From Mustelus asterias (lineage: Eukaryota), in assembly GCF_964213995.1 (NCBI RefSeq), contig NW_027590365.1:186001-250000 (forward strand): a stretch of 64,000 nucleotides of DNA, given 5' to 3'. Positions 50,429 through 63,211 of this stretch are shown here, piece after piece (the stretch's first letter is position 1; each line of letters starts with the position of its first letter). The position numbers and the translations under genes are program-made. The notes under the pieces are model-generated. The model did not search any database, was not told where the DNA came from, and saw only the letters and a program-made list of their open reading frames with translations.

Positions 50429-51089
50429 AAGAAGTTTAACAACACCAGGTTAAAGTCCAACAGGTTTATTTGGTAGCAAAAGCCACACAAGCTTTCGAGG
50501 CTCTAAGCCCCTTCTTCAGGTGAGTGGGAATTCTGTTCACAAACAGAGTTTATAAAGACACAGACTCAATTTACATGAATAATGGTTGGAATGCAAATAC
50601 TTACAACTAATCCAGTCTTTAAGAAACAAAACAATGGGAGTGGAGAGAGCATCAAGACAGGCTAAAGAGATGTGTATTGTCTCCAGACAAGACAGCCAGT
50701 GAAACTCTGCAGGTCCACGCAACTGTGGGAGTTACAAATATTGCGTCCACAGTTGCGTGGACCTGCAGAGTTTCACTGGCTGTCTTGTCTGGAGACAATA
50801 CACATCTTTTTAGCCTGTCTTGATGCTCTCTCCACTCCCATTGTTTTGTTTCTTAAAGACTGGATTAGTTGTAAGTATTCGCATTCCAACCATTATTCAT
50901 GTAAATTGAGTCTGTGTCTTTATAAATTCTGTTTGTGAACAGAATTCCCACTCACCTGAAGAAGGGGCTTAGAGCCTCGAAAGCTTGTGTGGCTTTTGCT
51001 ACCAAATAAACCTGTTGGACTTTAACCTGGTGTTGTTAAACTTCTTACTGTGTTTACCCCAGTCCAACGCCGGCATCTCCACATCATGA
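50429..51089. mobile_element. Penelope pLTR fold-back insertion with arms of about 300 bp and two opposed hammerhead motifs
   Basis: 50429-50728 is the reverse complement of 50747-51046; TSD ccacatcacaat at 50417-50428 and 51090-51101; empty site at about 22475. Confidence 0.88.
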
Positions 51090-51261
51090 CCACATCACAA
51101 TGCCCGGGGACTGATTGACGGCAGCTCCGGACCAATAGGAAGAGGGGGCGGGTCTGGAGGACCGAGCTGGAGCGGCTGGTCCGCCAACCAATCGGAGTGA
51201 AGGAGGGGCGGGACCTGAAGCATTCGCAGTGCGGGTAATGGCGACGGACGGACGGTTTTAA

Positions 51262-52468
51262 AGAACAAAGAACAAAGAACAGTACAGCACAGGAAACAGG
51301 CCCTTCGGCCCTCCAAGCCTGTGCCGCTCCTTGGTCCAACTAGACCAATCGTTTGTATCCCTCCATTCCCAGGCTGCTCATGTGACTATCCAGGTAAGTC
51401 TTAAACGATGTCAGCGTGCCTGCCTCCACCACCCTACTTGGCAGCGCATTCCAGGCCCCCACCACCCTCTGTGTAAAAAACGTCCCTCTGATGTCTGAGT
51501 TATACTTCGCCCCTCTCAGCTTGAGCCCGTGACCCCTCGTGATCGTCACCTCCGACCTGGGAAAAAGCTTCCCACTGTTCACCCTATCTATACCCTTCAT
51601 AATCTTGTATACCTCTATTAGATCTCCCCTCATTCTCCGTCTTTCCAAGGAGAACAACCCCAGTCTACCCAATCTCTCCTCATAGCTAAGACCCTCCATA
51701 CCAGGCAACATCCTGGTAAACCTTCTCTGCACTCTCTCCAATGTCTCCACGTCCTTCTGGTAGTGCGGCGACCAGAACTGGCCTAACCAGCGTTCTATAC
51801 AGCTGCATCATCAGACTCCAGCTTTTATACTCTATACCCCGTCCTATAAAGGCAAGCATACCATATGCCTTCTTCACCACCTTCTCCACCTGTGTTGCCA
51901 CCTTCAAGGATTTGTGGACTTGCACACCTAGGTCCCTCTGTGTTTCTATACTCCTGATGACTCTGCCATTTATTGCATAACTCCTCCCTACATTATTTCT
52001 TCCAAAATGCATCACTTCGCATTTATCCGGATTAAATTCCATCTGCCACCTCTCCGCCCAATTTTCCAGCCTATCTATATCCTGCTGTATTGCCCGACAA
52101 TGCTCTTCGCTATCCGCAATTCCAGCCATCTTTGTGTCATCCGCAAACTTGCTGATTACACCAGTTACACCTTCTTCCAAATCATTTATATATATATCAC
52201 AAATAGCAGAGGTCCCAGTACAGAGCCCTGCGGAACACCACTGGTCACAGACCTCCAGCCGGAAAAAGACCCTTCGACCACTACCCTCTGTCTCCTATGG
52301 CCAAGCCAGTTCTCCACCCATCGAGCCACTTCTCCTTGTATCCCATGAGCCTTAACCTTCTTAACCAACCTGCCATGTGGGACTTTGTCAAATGCCTTAC
52401 TGAAATCCATATAGACGACATCCACGGCCCTTCCTTCATCAACCGTTTTTGTCACTTCCTCAAAAAAC
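51262..52468 (-). mobile_element. 5'-truncated young CR1
   Basis: RT motifs, (aagaaca)n tail, ttttaa on both sides; empty site at about 22160. Confidence 0.9.
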
Positions 52469-52712
52469 TTTTAATTTGGAAGCGAGATAAATCCGAGGTA
52501 GAGGGCGGCATGCGGGGAATGATAAATGTGGCGGGTGGGTGAAGAGACTTTGTAAGCATGTTGTTCAAACCCAATCCCCGGAAATGAACTTCCCGGTTCC
52601 CCCCCTTTGTACCAAATGGAGCGGCAGCTTGTAGTGTTAGACCCGGGCTGACTGCCGCCATTGAGGCTGCATGTGGGAGGCCGGCAGGGATTGTGATCGG
52701 AGAGTGAAGCCC

Positions 52713-52850
52713 TGACGTCACAATGGAATGGGTGGGAGTGTGAGGTCACAATGGAATGGGTGAGAGTGTGATGTCACAATGGAATGGGTGAGAGTGTGAC
52801 GTCACAATGGAATGGGTGAGAGTGTGATGTCACAATGGAATGGGTGAGGG
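52713..52850. repeat. 28-bp tandem repeat x5 (paralog of 21841-21921)
   Basis: gtcacaatggaatgggtgagagtgtga(c/t) units. Confidence 0.9.
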
Positions 52851-53767
52851 TTCCAGATGAGCTGAGACTGGGCTGGAGTCGGACGATGGCACTGACATGT
52901 GGCCCGGTGGCACAGTGGTTAGTGCAGCTGCCTAACAGCGCCAGGGACCCGGGTTCAATTCCAGCCTCGGGTCGCTGTCTGTGCAGAGTTTCTACATTCT
53001 CCCCGTGTCTGTGTGGGTTTCCTCCGGGTGTTCCGGTTTCCTTCCACAGTCCAAAGATGTGCCGGTTAGACGGATTGGCCATGATAAATTGCCACTTGGT
53101 ATCAGGGGGATTAACAGGTAAATATGTGGATAGGGCCTGGATGGGATTGTTGTCGGTGCAGGCTCGATGGGCTGAATGGCCTCCTTCTACAATGTATTTT
53201 ATGATTCATTACTGTTCATTAATTAATTACTTTGAATGAAGGTGGTCTTGATGATGATGTGGACGTGGCTGGAAGCTCATATTGGGATGAACTATTTCAC
53301 CCTGGTTGTGAACAGCCTAGTTCAGCCTCAGACAGTAAGTAATCTCACAACTCCAGGTTAAAATCCAACAGGTTAATTTGGTGGCATAAGCCACAGGATT
53401 TTGGAGCGCTGCTCTTCATCAGGTGAGTGGGAGTTCTATTCACAAACAGGGCACAGAGACACAAACTCAATTTACAAAATAATGGTTGGAATGTGAGTCT
53501 TTACAGGTAATCAAGTCTTAAAGGTACAGACAATGTGAGTGGAGAGAGGGTGAAGCACAGGTTAAAGAGATGTGTATTGTCTCCAGCCAGGACAGTTCGT
53601 GAGATTTTGCAAGCCCAGGCAAGTTGTGGGGGTTACAGATAGTGTGACATGAACCCAAGATCCCGGTTGAGGCCGTCCTCATGTGTGATTGACAGATCCA
53701 TGCTCACTGCTTCTTGCCCTGGATGCAGAGAGCTGAAAATTTCCATGCAGGCTGCCAGACAAATAAA

Positions 53768-56705
53768 TAAGAACATAAGAACATAAGAAATAGGAGCAGG
53801 AGTAGGCCATCTAGCCCCTCGAGCCTGCCCGGCATTCAATAAGATCATGGCTGATCTGACGTGGATCAGTACCACTTACCCGCCTGATCCCCATAACCCT
53901 TAATTCCCTTACCGATCAGGAATCCATCCATCCGCGCTTTAAACATATTCAGCGAGGTAGCCTCCACCACCTCAGTGGGCAGAGAATTCCAGAGATTCAC
54001 CACCCTCTGGGAGAAGAAGTTCCTCCTCAACTCTGTCTTAAACCGACCCCCCTTTATTTTGAGGCTGTGTCCTCTAGTTTTAACTTCCTTACTAAGTGGA
54101 AAGAATCTCTCCGCCTCCACCCTATCCAGCCCCCGCATTATCTTATAAGTCTCCATAAGATCCCCCCTCATCCTTCTAAACTCCAACGAGTACAAACCCA
54201 ATCTCCTCAGCCTCTCCTCATAATCCAAACCCCTCATCTCCGGTATCAACCTGGTGAACCTTCTCTGCACTCCCTCCAATGCCAATATATCCTTCCTCAT
54301 ATAAGGGGACCAATACTGCACACAGTATTCCAGCTGCGGCCTCACCAATGCCCTGTACAGGTGCATCAAGACATCCCTGCTTTTATATTCTATCCCCTTC
54401 GCAATATAGGCCAACATCCCATTTGCCTTCTTGATCACCTGTTGTACCTGCAGACTGGGCTTTTGCGTCTCATGCACAAGGACCCCCAGGTCCCTTTGCA
54501 CGGTAGCATGTTTTAATTTGTTTCCATTGAGATAGTAATCCCATTTGTTATTATTTCCTCAAGTGTATAAACTCGCATTTCTCAACATTATACTCCATTT
54601 GCCATATCCTCGCCCACTCACTCAGCCTGTCCAAATCTCTCTGCAGATCTTCTCCGTCCTCCACACGATTCACTTTTCCACTTATCTTTGTGTCGTCTGC
54701 AAACTTCGTTACCCTACACTCCGTCCCCTCCTCCAGATCATCTATATAAATGGTAAACAGTTGCGGCCCGAGTACCGATCCCTGCGGCACGCCACTAGTT
54801 ACCTTCCTCCAACCGGAAAAACACCCATTTATTCCGACTCTTTGCTTCCTGTCGGATAGCCAGTCCCCAATCCACTTTAACACACTACCCCCAACTCCGT
54901 GTGCCCTAATCTTCTTCAGCAGCCTTTTATGGGGCACCTTATCAAACGCCTTTTGGAAATCCAAAAACACCGCATCCACCGGTTCTCCTCCATCAACCGC
55001 CCTAGTCACATCTTCATAAAAATCCAACATGTTCGTCAAGCACGACTTTCCCCTCATGAATCCATGCTGCGTCTGATTGATCGAACCATTTCTATCCAGA
55101 TGCCCTGCTATCTCCTCTTTAATAATGGATTCCAGCATTTTCCCTACTACAGACGTTAAGCTGACCGGCCTATAGTTACCCGCCTTTTGTCTCCTTCCTT
55201 TTTTAAACAGCGGCGTAACATTAGCCGTTTTCCAATCAACCGCACTACCCCAGAATGCAACGAGTTTTGATAAATAATCACTAACGCATCCACTATTACC
55301 TCTGACATTTCTTTCAATACCCTGGGATGCTTTCCATCCGGACCCGGGGACTTGTCCACCTTCAGTCCCATTAGTCTACCCAGCACTGCCTCTCTGGTAA
55401 CATTAATTGTATTAAGTATTTCTCCTGCTGCCAACCCTCTATCGTTAATATTTGGCAAACTATTTGTGTCCTCCACCGTGAAGACCGACACAAAAAACTT
55501 ATTTAAAGACTCAGCCATATCCTCATTTCCCACTATTAACTCCCCCCTCTCGTCCTCCAAGGGTCCAACATTCACTCTAGCCACTCTATTCCTTTTTATA
55601 TATTTATAAAAACTTTTACTATCATTTTTTATATTAATTGCTAGCCTAGCTTCATAGTCTATCCTTCCTTTCTTTATCACTTTCTTAGTTTCTCTTTGTT
55701 GTTTCTTAAATTTTTCCCAATCACTTGTTTCTCCACTATTTTTGGCCACTCTGTACGCAGCTGTTTTTATTTTAATACTCTCCTTTATTTCCTTCGTTAT
55801 CCACGGCTGGTTCTCCCTTTTCTTACAATCCTTGTTTTTTGCTGGAATATATTTTTGCTGAGAACTGAAAAGGATCTCCTTAAAAATCCTCCACTGTTCT
55901 CAGCTATCCTACCTGCCAGCCTGCTCTCCCAGTCTACCTTAGCCAATTCATCCCTCATCCTATCATATTTCCCTCTGTTCAAACAGAGGACACTGGTTTG
56001 GGACCAAACTTTCTCCTCTTCCATCTGAATCAGAAATTCGACCATATTGTGGTCACTAGACCCAAGAAGGTCCTTCACAATAAGATCCTTAATTCTACCT
56101 ACCTCGTTACACAATACCAGATCCAAAATAGCTCGTTCCCTCGTCGGTTCCGTAACATGCTGTTCAAGGAAACTATCCCGACAGCATTCTAAGAACTCTT
56201 CCTCCATTCCACCCTTACCGACTTGAGTCTGCCAGTCAATGTGCATGTTGAAGTCCCCCATGATTATTGCCGTTCCGTTTTTACACGCATCCCTTATCTG
56301 CTTGTTTATAGCCCTCCCTACCTCAACATTATTATTTGGGGGCCAATATACCACACCTACTAGTGTCTTTCTCCCTCTACTATTCCTCATCTCTACCCAT
56401 AATGATTCCACGTTTTGTTCCTCAGAGCCTATGTCATCCCTCAGTACTACCCTGATATTATCTCTTATTAATAGCGCGACCCCACCACCTTTTCCTTCCT
56501 GTCTATTCTTCCTAAACGCCTGATACCCCTGGATATTCATCTCCCAGTCCTGGTCACCTTTCAGCCACGTTTCTGTAATGGCCACTAGATCGTACCCACT
56601 TGTGCTGATTTGCACCATCAACTCATTTACCTTGTTCCGAATGCTTCGTGCATTCAGGCAAAGTGTCCTTATTCCAGCTTTTATCTGGACCCGCTTTGAT
56701 GAGTC
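53768..56705 (-). mobile_element. CR1 with near-complete ORF2 (APE + RT) split by frameshifts
   Basis: VAITETWL, MGDFN, SDHN, QHGF and KFADD across four ORF pieces; empty site at about 21165. Confidence 0.92.
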
Positions 56706-57495
56706 TACATTACTGGAGTAAAAATGTGTGGAATATACAGACCGAATTCACTTCATTCCCTTCAGTTGCTGCAAGTCCCCAATTTCCCCCAGAATGAGAA
56801 AAGAAATGGAAAGGGGGAAACATTGATTTCCTCCCAGATGTTGTCCAGAGGAGGAAGTTTCAATCTGAAGCTCATTGGACAACTTCCGCATTGTGACGTC
56901 ACAATGGAGCCTGCCTGAATCAGCGAATAGGAATCTCTCTTCCTACATCAAGGGCTGATGTTTCTTGTCTAGATGACCCTTTGTCAAAGCTCTGAAACAT
57001 CTGTTCTTTTCTCTCCATACAGATGCTGCCAGACCTGCTGAGAATGGGGAGACAGTGTGTGGGATGGAGATTTACAGCTTTTGGGGAATGAGAGAGGCAA
57101 GAATGTTCTCATTGATCCACTGGAGCAAGCTGAGAGGGGTGATTGAAAAGCAGCAGTGCTGGTAAGAGATTAATTGGATTAATTGAATTGTTTATTTATT
57201 TAATTAGTCAGCTAGTGTGTGTATTTTTTTGGCCTTTACTTTAACAGCAGTTTTTCAAGTTTAAAGTGAAAACTAGAAGTGGGCAGCAAAGGAGTCTGGG
57301 AAGGGTTTTTATTTTAACTTTAAAAGTCAGTTACCTGGGAGGTTCCCCCTCAGTAGTAGTTTTTTTTTTTCCTATAATTTGGTGCAGAGGAGATACCCGA
57401 TCCTCTACACTGGTAGAGGATCCCACCCTTCCATCCTCCTCTAACCTAATTATAAGTGTGGGGAAGTTTTTTGTTTTCTTTTTTTCTTGCTGGTA

Positions 57496-58425
57496 ATGGC
57501 TTCAGGGATGGCAGTTCAGGCAGTATGCTGCATCTCCTGTGGGATGTATGTGGTGAGGAAATCCAGTAGTGTTTCAGGAGATTTTAGTTGTAAGAAGTGC
57601 ATTAGATTGCAGCTTCTGGAGGAGCGTGTAAAGGAGCTGGAGGGGGAGGTAGAGGAACTCCGCATAATTCGGGAGGCGGAGGTGGAAGTTGATAGGAGTT
57701 ATAGAGAAATAGTAACTCCTAGAAATGAGGCTTGGGTCAATGCCAGGAGGAGGGGTAAGAAGCAATCGGGAAGACAATCCCCTGGGGCGGTTCCCCTCCA
57801 TAATAGGTTTTCGGTGCTGGAGGCTACAGTTGAGGAGGAATCAACTGAGCATAGAGAGCAGATCTCTGGGGGTGAGCCGAGTGAGAAAGCTCAGGTGGTT
57901 AGGGGCTGTAAAAGACTGGGCCTTGTGATTGGGGACTCCACAATTAAGGGGACAGATAGGAGGGTCGGAACTAAAGGTAGGGACTCAGGGTTGGTGTGTT
58001 GCCTACCAGGGGCTGGGGTCCGGGATGTGTCTGACAGGGTATTCAGGACTCTTAGGGGGGAGGGAGATAAACCACAAGTTATTGTACATGTGGGGACACA
58101 CGACATAGGGAGGATAGGGGAAGGGGATATTAGGCAGGGATTTATGGAGTTGGGGTGGAAACTAAAGGCCAAGACTGACAGAGTGGTTATCTCTGGACTC
58201 TTGCCTGTACCACGGGATAGTTTAGAGAGGAATAGGGAGAGGGAAGGTTTGAATTCATGGCTGAGGGGATGGTGCAGGAGGGAGGGGTTCAGGTACTTAA
58301 GCAATTGGGGCTCGTACTGGGGAAGGTGTGACCTCTATGAGAAGGATGGTCTACACCTTAATCAGAAGGGGACCAATATCCTGGGGGGTAAATTTGCTAA
58401 GGCCATGCAGGGAGGTTTAAACTGA
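57496..58425 (+). CDS. CR1 ORF1p: CxxC/coiled coil plus SGNH esterase domain
   Basis: CISC..CKKC, heptads, LVIGDS, PGAG, HVGTHD, DGLHLN. Confidence 0.9.
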   Translation: MASGMAVQAVCCISCGMYVVRKSSSVSGDFSCKKCIRLQLLEERVKELEGEVEELRIIREAEVEVDRSYREIVTPRNEAWVNARRRGKKQSGRQSPGAVPLHNRFSVLEATVEEESTEHREQISGGEPSEKAQVVRGCKRLGLVIGDSTIKGTDRRVGTKGRDSGLVCCLPGAGVRDVSDRVFRTLRGEGDKPQVIVHVGTHDIGRIGEGDIRQGFMELGWKLKAKTDRVVISGLLPVPRDSLERNREREGLNSWLRGWCRREGFRYLSNWGSYWGRCDLYEKDGLHLNQKGTNILGGKFAKAMQGGLN

Positions 58426-58475
58426 TTCGGGGGGGGGGAGGGATCCTGAGTAGTGGGGCTGAAAGTGAGGGATGC

Positions 58476-61295
58476 ATGGATGGGGACTGCAATGCACGGC
58501 ATTGCAGAGGTGGGGTGGAGCAGGGTTTGAAATGTGTATACTTCAATGCCAGGAGTATTCGCAATAAAGTGGGTGAACTTGCAGCGTGGATCAGTACCTG
58601 GGACTTCGATGTTGTGGCTATTTCAGAGACATGGATAGAGCAGGGGCAGGAATGGATGCTGCAGGTCCCGGGGTTCAAATGTTTTAGTCGAAGTAGGGAA
58701 GGAGGTAGAAGAGGGGGAGGGGTAGCATTATTGGTCAGAGATTGTATCACAGTGTCAGAGAGGAGGTTTGATGAGGACTTATCTGTTGAGGTAGTATGGG
58801 CGGAGATTAGAAATAGGAGAGGAGAGGTCACCCTGTTGGGAGTCTTTTATAGACCTCCTAAAAGTTCTAGAGAGGTTGAGGAAAGGATTGCGGAGTCAAT
58901 CCTGCTTAGGAGTGAAAGTAATAGGGCAATTGTTATGGGGGATTTTAACTTGACTAATATTGACTGGAATTGTTATAGCTCTAGCTCGTTAGAGGGGTCA
59001 GTTTTTGTTCAAAGCGTGCAGGAAGGTTTTTTGACTCAGTATGTAGACAGGCCAACTAGAGGTGAGGCTATATTGGATCTGGTGCTGGGAAATGAGCCAG
59101 ACCAGGTGCTAGACTTGGAAGTTGGTGTGCATTTTGGTGATAGTGACCACAATTCGGTTACGTTCACCTTAGTGATGGAAAGGGATAGGCATGAACCTCG
59201 GGCCAGTGGTTTTAGCTGGGGGAAGGGTAATTATGAGGCTATTAGGAGAGAATTAGGAAACATAGGTTGGACTAGGAGATTACAGGGACTGGGAACGTCC
59301 GACATGTGGAGTTTTTTCAAGGAGCAGCTACTGCGAGTCTGTGATAGGTATGTCCCTGTCAGGCAAGGAGGAATTGGTAGGGCTAGGGAACCGTGGTGCA
59401 CCAAAAAAGTTTCTTTGTTGGTTAAAAAGAAAAAGGAGGCTTATGTTCGGATGAGACGTGAGCACTCGGGTAGTGCACTAGAAAGCTTTAGATTGGCTAA
59501 GAGGGAGTTGAAGAGCGAGCTTAGAAGGGCTAAAAGGGGACATGAGAAGACTTTGGCGGATAGGGTTAAAGAGAATCCTAAGGCGTTCTATAGGTATGTC
59601 AAGAACAGAAGGTTGGTTAGGGCAAGTTTAGGGCCAGTTATAGATGGCAGAGGGAAGTTATGTGTGGAACCGGAGGAGATTGGTGAAGCATTGAACCAAT
59701 ATTTCTCTTCGGTGTTCACGCAAGGGGACATGAATATAGCTGAGGAGGACACTGGGTTGCAAGGGAGTAGAATAGACAGTATTACAGTTGATAAGGAGGA
59801 TGTGCAGGATATTCTGGAGGGTCTGAAAATAGATAAATCCCCTGGTCCGGATGGGATTTATCCAAGGATTCTCTGGGAGGCAAGAGAAGTGATTGCAGAG
59901 CCTCTGGCTCTGATCTTCAGGTCGTCGTTGGCCTCTGGTATAGTACCAGAAGATTGGAGGTTAGCGAATGTTGTCCCATTGTTTAAGAAGGGGAACAGAG
60001 ACTTCCCCGGGAATTATAGACCGGTGAGTCTCACTTCTGTTGTCGGCAAGATGTTGGAAAAAATTATAAGGGATAGGATTTATAGTTATTTGGAGAGTAA
60101 TGAATTGATAGGTGATAGTCAGCATGGTTTTGTGGCAGGTAGGTCGTGCCTTACTAACCTTATTGAGTTTTTTGAGAAAGTGACCAAGGAGGTGGATGGG
60201 GGCAAGGCAGTGGACGTGGTATATATGGATTTTAGTAAGGCGTTTGATAAGGTTCACCATGGTAGGCTTCTGCAGAAAATGCAGATGTATGGGATTGGGG
60301 GTGATCTAGGAAATTGGATCAGGAATTGGCTAGCGGATAGGAAACAGAGGGTGGTGGTTGATAGTAAATATTCATCATGGAGTGCGGTTACAAGTGGTGT
60401 ACCTCAAGGATCTGTTTTGGGGCCACTGCTGTTTGTAATATTTATTAATGATCTGGATGAGGGTATAGTTGGGTGGATTAGCAAATTTGCTGATGACACC
60501 AAAGTCGGTGGTGTGGTAGACAGTGAGGAAGGGTGTCGTAGTTTGCAGGAAGACTTAGACAGGTTGCAAAGTTGGGCCGAGAGGTGGCGGATGGAGTTTA
60601 ATGCGGAGAAGTGTGAGGTAATTCACTTTGGTAGGAATAACAGATGTGTTGAGTATAGGGCTAACGGGAGGACTTTGAATAGTGTGGAGGAGCAGAGGGA
60701 TCTAGGTGTATGTGTGCATAGATCCCTGAAAGTTGGGAATCAAGTAGATAAGGTTGTTAAGAAGGCATATGGTGTCTTGGCGTTTATTGGTAGGGGGATT
60801 GAATTTAGGAGTCGTAGCGTTATGTTGCAACTGTACACAACTCTGGTGCGGCCGCACTTGGAGTACTGTGTGCAGTTCTGGTCCCCACATTACAGGAAGG
60901 ATGTGGAGGCTTTGGAGAGGGTGCAGAGGAGGTTTACCAGGATGTTGCCTGGTATGGAGGGGAGATCCTATGAGGAGAGGCTGAGGGATTTGGGATTGTT
61001 TTCGCTGGAAAGGCGGCGGCTAAGAGGGGATCTTATTGAAACATATAAGATGATTAGAGGTTTAGATAGGGTGGATAGTGATAGCCTTTTTCCTCTGATG
61101 GAGAAATCCAGCACGAGGGGGCATGGCTTTAAATTGAGGGGGGGTAGTTATAGAACCGATGTCAGGGGTAGGTTCTTTACCCAGAGGGTGGTGAGGGATT
61201 GGAATGCCCTGCCAGCATCAGTAGTAAATGCGCCTAGTTTGGGGGCGTTTAAGAGATCCGTAGATAGGTTCATGGACGAAAAGAAATTGGTTTAG
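58476..61295 (+). CDS. CR1 ORF2p: APE endonuclease plus reverse transcriptase (939 aa)
   Basis: [47 protein letters not shown]. Confidence 0.95.
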   Translation: MDGDCNARHCRGGVEQGLKCVYFNARSIRNKVGELAAWISTWDFDVVAISETWIEQGQEWMLQVPGFKCFSRSREGGRRGGGVALLVRDCITVSERRFDEDLSVEVVWAEIRNRRGEVTLLGVFYRPPKSSREVEERIAESILLRSESNRAIVMGDFNLTNIDWNCYSSSSLEGSVFVQSVQEGFLTQYVDRPTRGEAILDLVLGNEPDQVLDLEVGVHFGDSDHNSVTFTLVMERDRHEPRASGFSWGKGNYEAIRRELGNIGWTRRLQGLGTSDMWSFFKEQLLRVCDRYVPVRQGGIGRAREPWCTKKVSLLVKKKKEAYVRMRREHSGSALESFRLAKRELKSELRRAKRGHEKTLADRVKENPKAFYRYVKNRRLVRASLGPVIDGRGKLCVEPEEIGEALNQYFSSVFTQGDMNIAEEDTGLQGSRIDSITVDKEDVQDILEGLKIDKSPGPDGIYPRILWEAREVIAEPLALIFRSSLASGIVPEDWRLANVVPLFKKGNRDFPGNYRPVSLTSVVGKMLEKIIRDRIYSYLESNELIGDSQHGFVAGRSCLTNLIEFFEKVTKEVDGGKAVDVVYMDFSKAFDKVHHGRLLQKMQMYGIGGDLGNWIRNWLADRKQRVVVDSKYSSWSAVTSGVPQGSVLGPLLFVIFINDLDEGIVGWISKFADDTKVGGVVDSEEGCRSLQEDLDRLQSWAERWRMEFNAEKCEVIHFGRNNRCVEYRANGRTLNSVEEQRDLGVCVHRSLKVGNQVDKVVKKAYGVLAFIGRGIEFRSRSVMLQLYTTLVRPHLEYCVQFWSPHYRKDVEALERVQRRFTRMLPGMEGRSYEERLRDLGLFSLERRRLRGDLIETYKMIRGLDRVDSDSLFPLMEKSSTRGHGFKLRGGSYRTDVRGRFFTQRVVRDWNALPASVVNAPSLGAFKRSVDRFMDEKKLV

Positions 61296-61799
61296 GTTGG
61301 AGGGTCACAGTTTTTTTTTTAACTGGTCGGTGCAACATCGTGGGCCGAAGGGCCTGTTCTGCGCTGTAATGTTCTATGTTCTATGTTCTATAGAAATTGT
61401 CTGTTCTGAATTTCTATGCTGTACTGACACTGATGACTTTTGTAAACTCGTTTTACAGGATATTGAAAGAGGAATCACAGGTCGAAATCTCAAACGTCAT
61501 GTCTAGACGTGACAGAGTCATATTCCTTGGGACCTCAATATCATCGGACTTTGAATCCAGAAGGAGAAATGATTGTCCGGTCTGTCGATTTGAAATGTCA
61601 GTGTGAGTGAAAAAGCATCAACACACTGCCACACTTGAGTGAGTGTGTTCCAATGCACTGACTAAAAAGCTTTAACCAGTTACACAGTTTGAATAAATAT
61701 CACACCATTCACAGCGGGGAGAGACTGTAATCTTGTTCTGAGTGTGGGCGAAGTTTCAACTAATTGTCCAGTCAAGAGAGAGGTAAGGACACCTGCACC

Positions 61800-62978
61800 A
61801 TGGAGAAACCATGGAAATGTGTGGACTGTGGGAAGGGATACAGAACCCCATCAGAGCTGGAAGCTCATCGACGCAGCCACACTGGGGAGAGACCATTCAC
61901 CTGCTCTCAATGTGGGAAGGGATTCACTCGATTATCCCTCCTGCAGAGACACCAGCAAGTTCACACTGGAGAGAGGCCATTTTCCTGCTCTCAATGTGAG
62001 AAGGGATTCAGTCAGTTATCCGACCTGCAGAGACACCAGCGAGTTCACACTGGGGAGAGGCCGTTCACCTGCTCTCAGTGTGGGAAGGGATTCACTCAAT
62101 TATCCACCCTGCGGACACATGAACGAGTTCACACTGGGGAGAGGCCATTCACCTGCTCTCAGTGTGGGAAGGGATTCATTCTGTTATCCAGCCTGCGGAT
62201 ACACCAGCGAGTTCACACTGGGGAGAAACCATTCACCTGCTCTCAGTGTGGGAAGGGATTCATTCAGTTATCCCGCTTGCAGAAACACCAGCAAGTTCAC
62301 ACAGGAGAGAGGCTGTTCACCTGCTCTCAGTGTGGGAAGGGATTCACTCGGTCATCCCTCCTGCAGAGACACCAGCGAGTTCACGGTGGGGAGAGGCCAT
62401 TCAACTGTTCTCAGTGTGGGAAGGGATTCACTCAGTCATCCATCCTGCGGACACACCAGCGAGTTCACACTGGGGAGAGATCGTTCACCTGCTCTCAGTG
62501 TGGGAAGGGATTCACTCAGTCAGCCGACCTGCAGAGACACCAGCGAGTTCACACAGGGGAGAGGCCGTTCACCTGCTCTCAGTGTGGGAAGGGATTCATT
62601 CTGTTATCCAGCCTGCGAATACACCAGCGAGTTCACACTGGGGAGAAACCATTCATCTGTTCTCAGTGTGGGAAGGGATTCACTAACTCATCTGATCTGC
62701 GGACACACCAGCGAGTTCACACAGGGGAGAGGCCGTTCACCTGCTCCCAGTGTGGGAAGGGATTCACTCAGTCATCCCACCTGCAGAGACACCAGCGAGT
62801 TCACACTGGGGAGAGACCATTCGACTGTTCTCAGTGTGGGAAGGGATTCACTCAGTCATCCAACTTGCAGACACACCAGCGAGTTCACACTGGGGAGAGG
62901 CCGTTCACCTACTCTCAGTGTGGGAAGGGATTCAGAGTTTCATCCCACCTGCTGAGACACCAACAAGTTCACGAGTGA
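61800..62978 (+). CDS. ZNF-H: C2H2 zinc-finger-only protein, 14 fingers (last finger has C>Y)
   Basis: Open ORF from accATGg; acceptor ttttacag|g at about 61459. Confidence 0.85.
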   Translation: MEKPWKCVDCGKGYRTPSELEAHRRSHTGERPFTCSQCGKGFTRLSLLQRHQQVHTGERPFSCSQCEKGFSQLSDLQRHQRVHTGERPFTCSQCGKGFTQLSTLRTHERVHTGERPFTCSQCGKGFILLSSLRIHQRVHTGEKPFTCSQCGKGFIQLSRLQKHQQVHTGERLFTCSQCGKGFTRSSLLQRHQRVHGGERPFNCSQCGKGFTQSSILRTHQRVHTGERSFTCSQCGKGFTQSADLQRHQRVHTGERPFTCSQCGKGFILLSSLRIHQRVHTGEKPFICSQCGKGFTNSSDLRTHQRVHTGERPFTCSQCGKGFTQSSHLQRHQRVHTGERPFDCSQCGKGFTQSSNLQTHQRVHTGERPFTYSQCGKGFRVSSHLLRHQQVHE

Positions 62979-63211
62979 TGACAGGGGTTGGATTCTGCTG
63001 TTATTGTTTCTGCTCTCAATTACACCCAGGACTGCATTTTGTTCATTCTCACAGTTGGTCAATGGGGAGGGTCGGAGGGTTTCTTTCTGCTGGACTGGCC
63101 GGTCTCATGACTTTGCCTCCAGTGGGCTGATGCTCTTTGAGTCTTGTTGCGAATACCTGGTTTTTAGATTTCACAAGGATCACAGAGTGACAGGATGTTA
63201 GGAAGTTATAG

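Larger units (their letters stand above)
57109..61390 (+). mobile_element. Full-length intact CR1 LINE
   Basis: 5' UTR, ORF1, ORF2 and (atgttct)n tail; inserted at aatgttc in the ZNF-H intron; empty site at about 18935. Confidence 0.95.

Noticed and set aside
53866-56621. Programmed frameshifting in the split CR1 ORF2
   Set aside because: Scattered small indels fit decay or sequencing error; the intact relative has one continuous ORF
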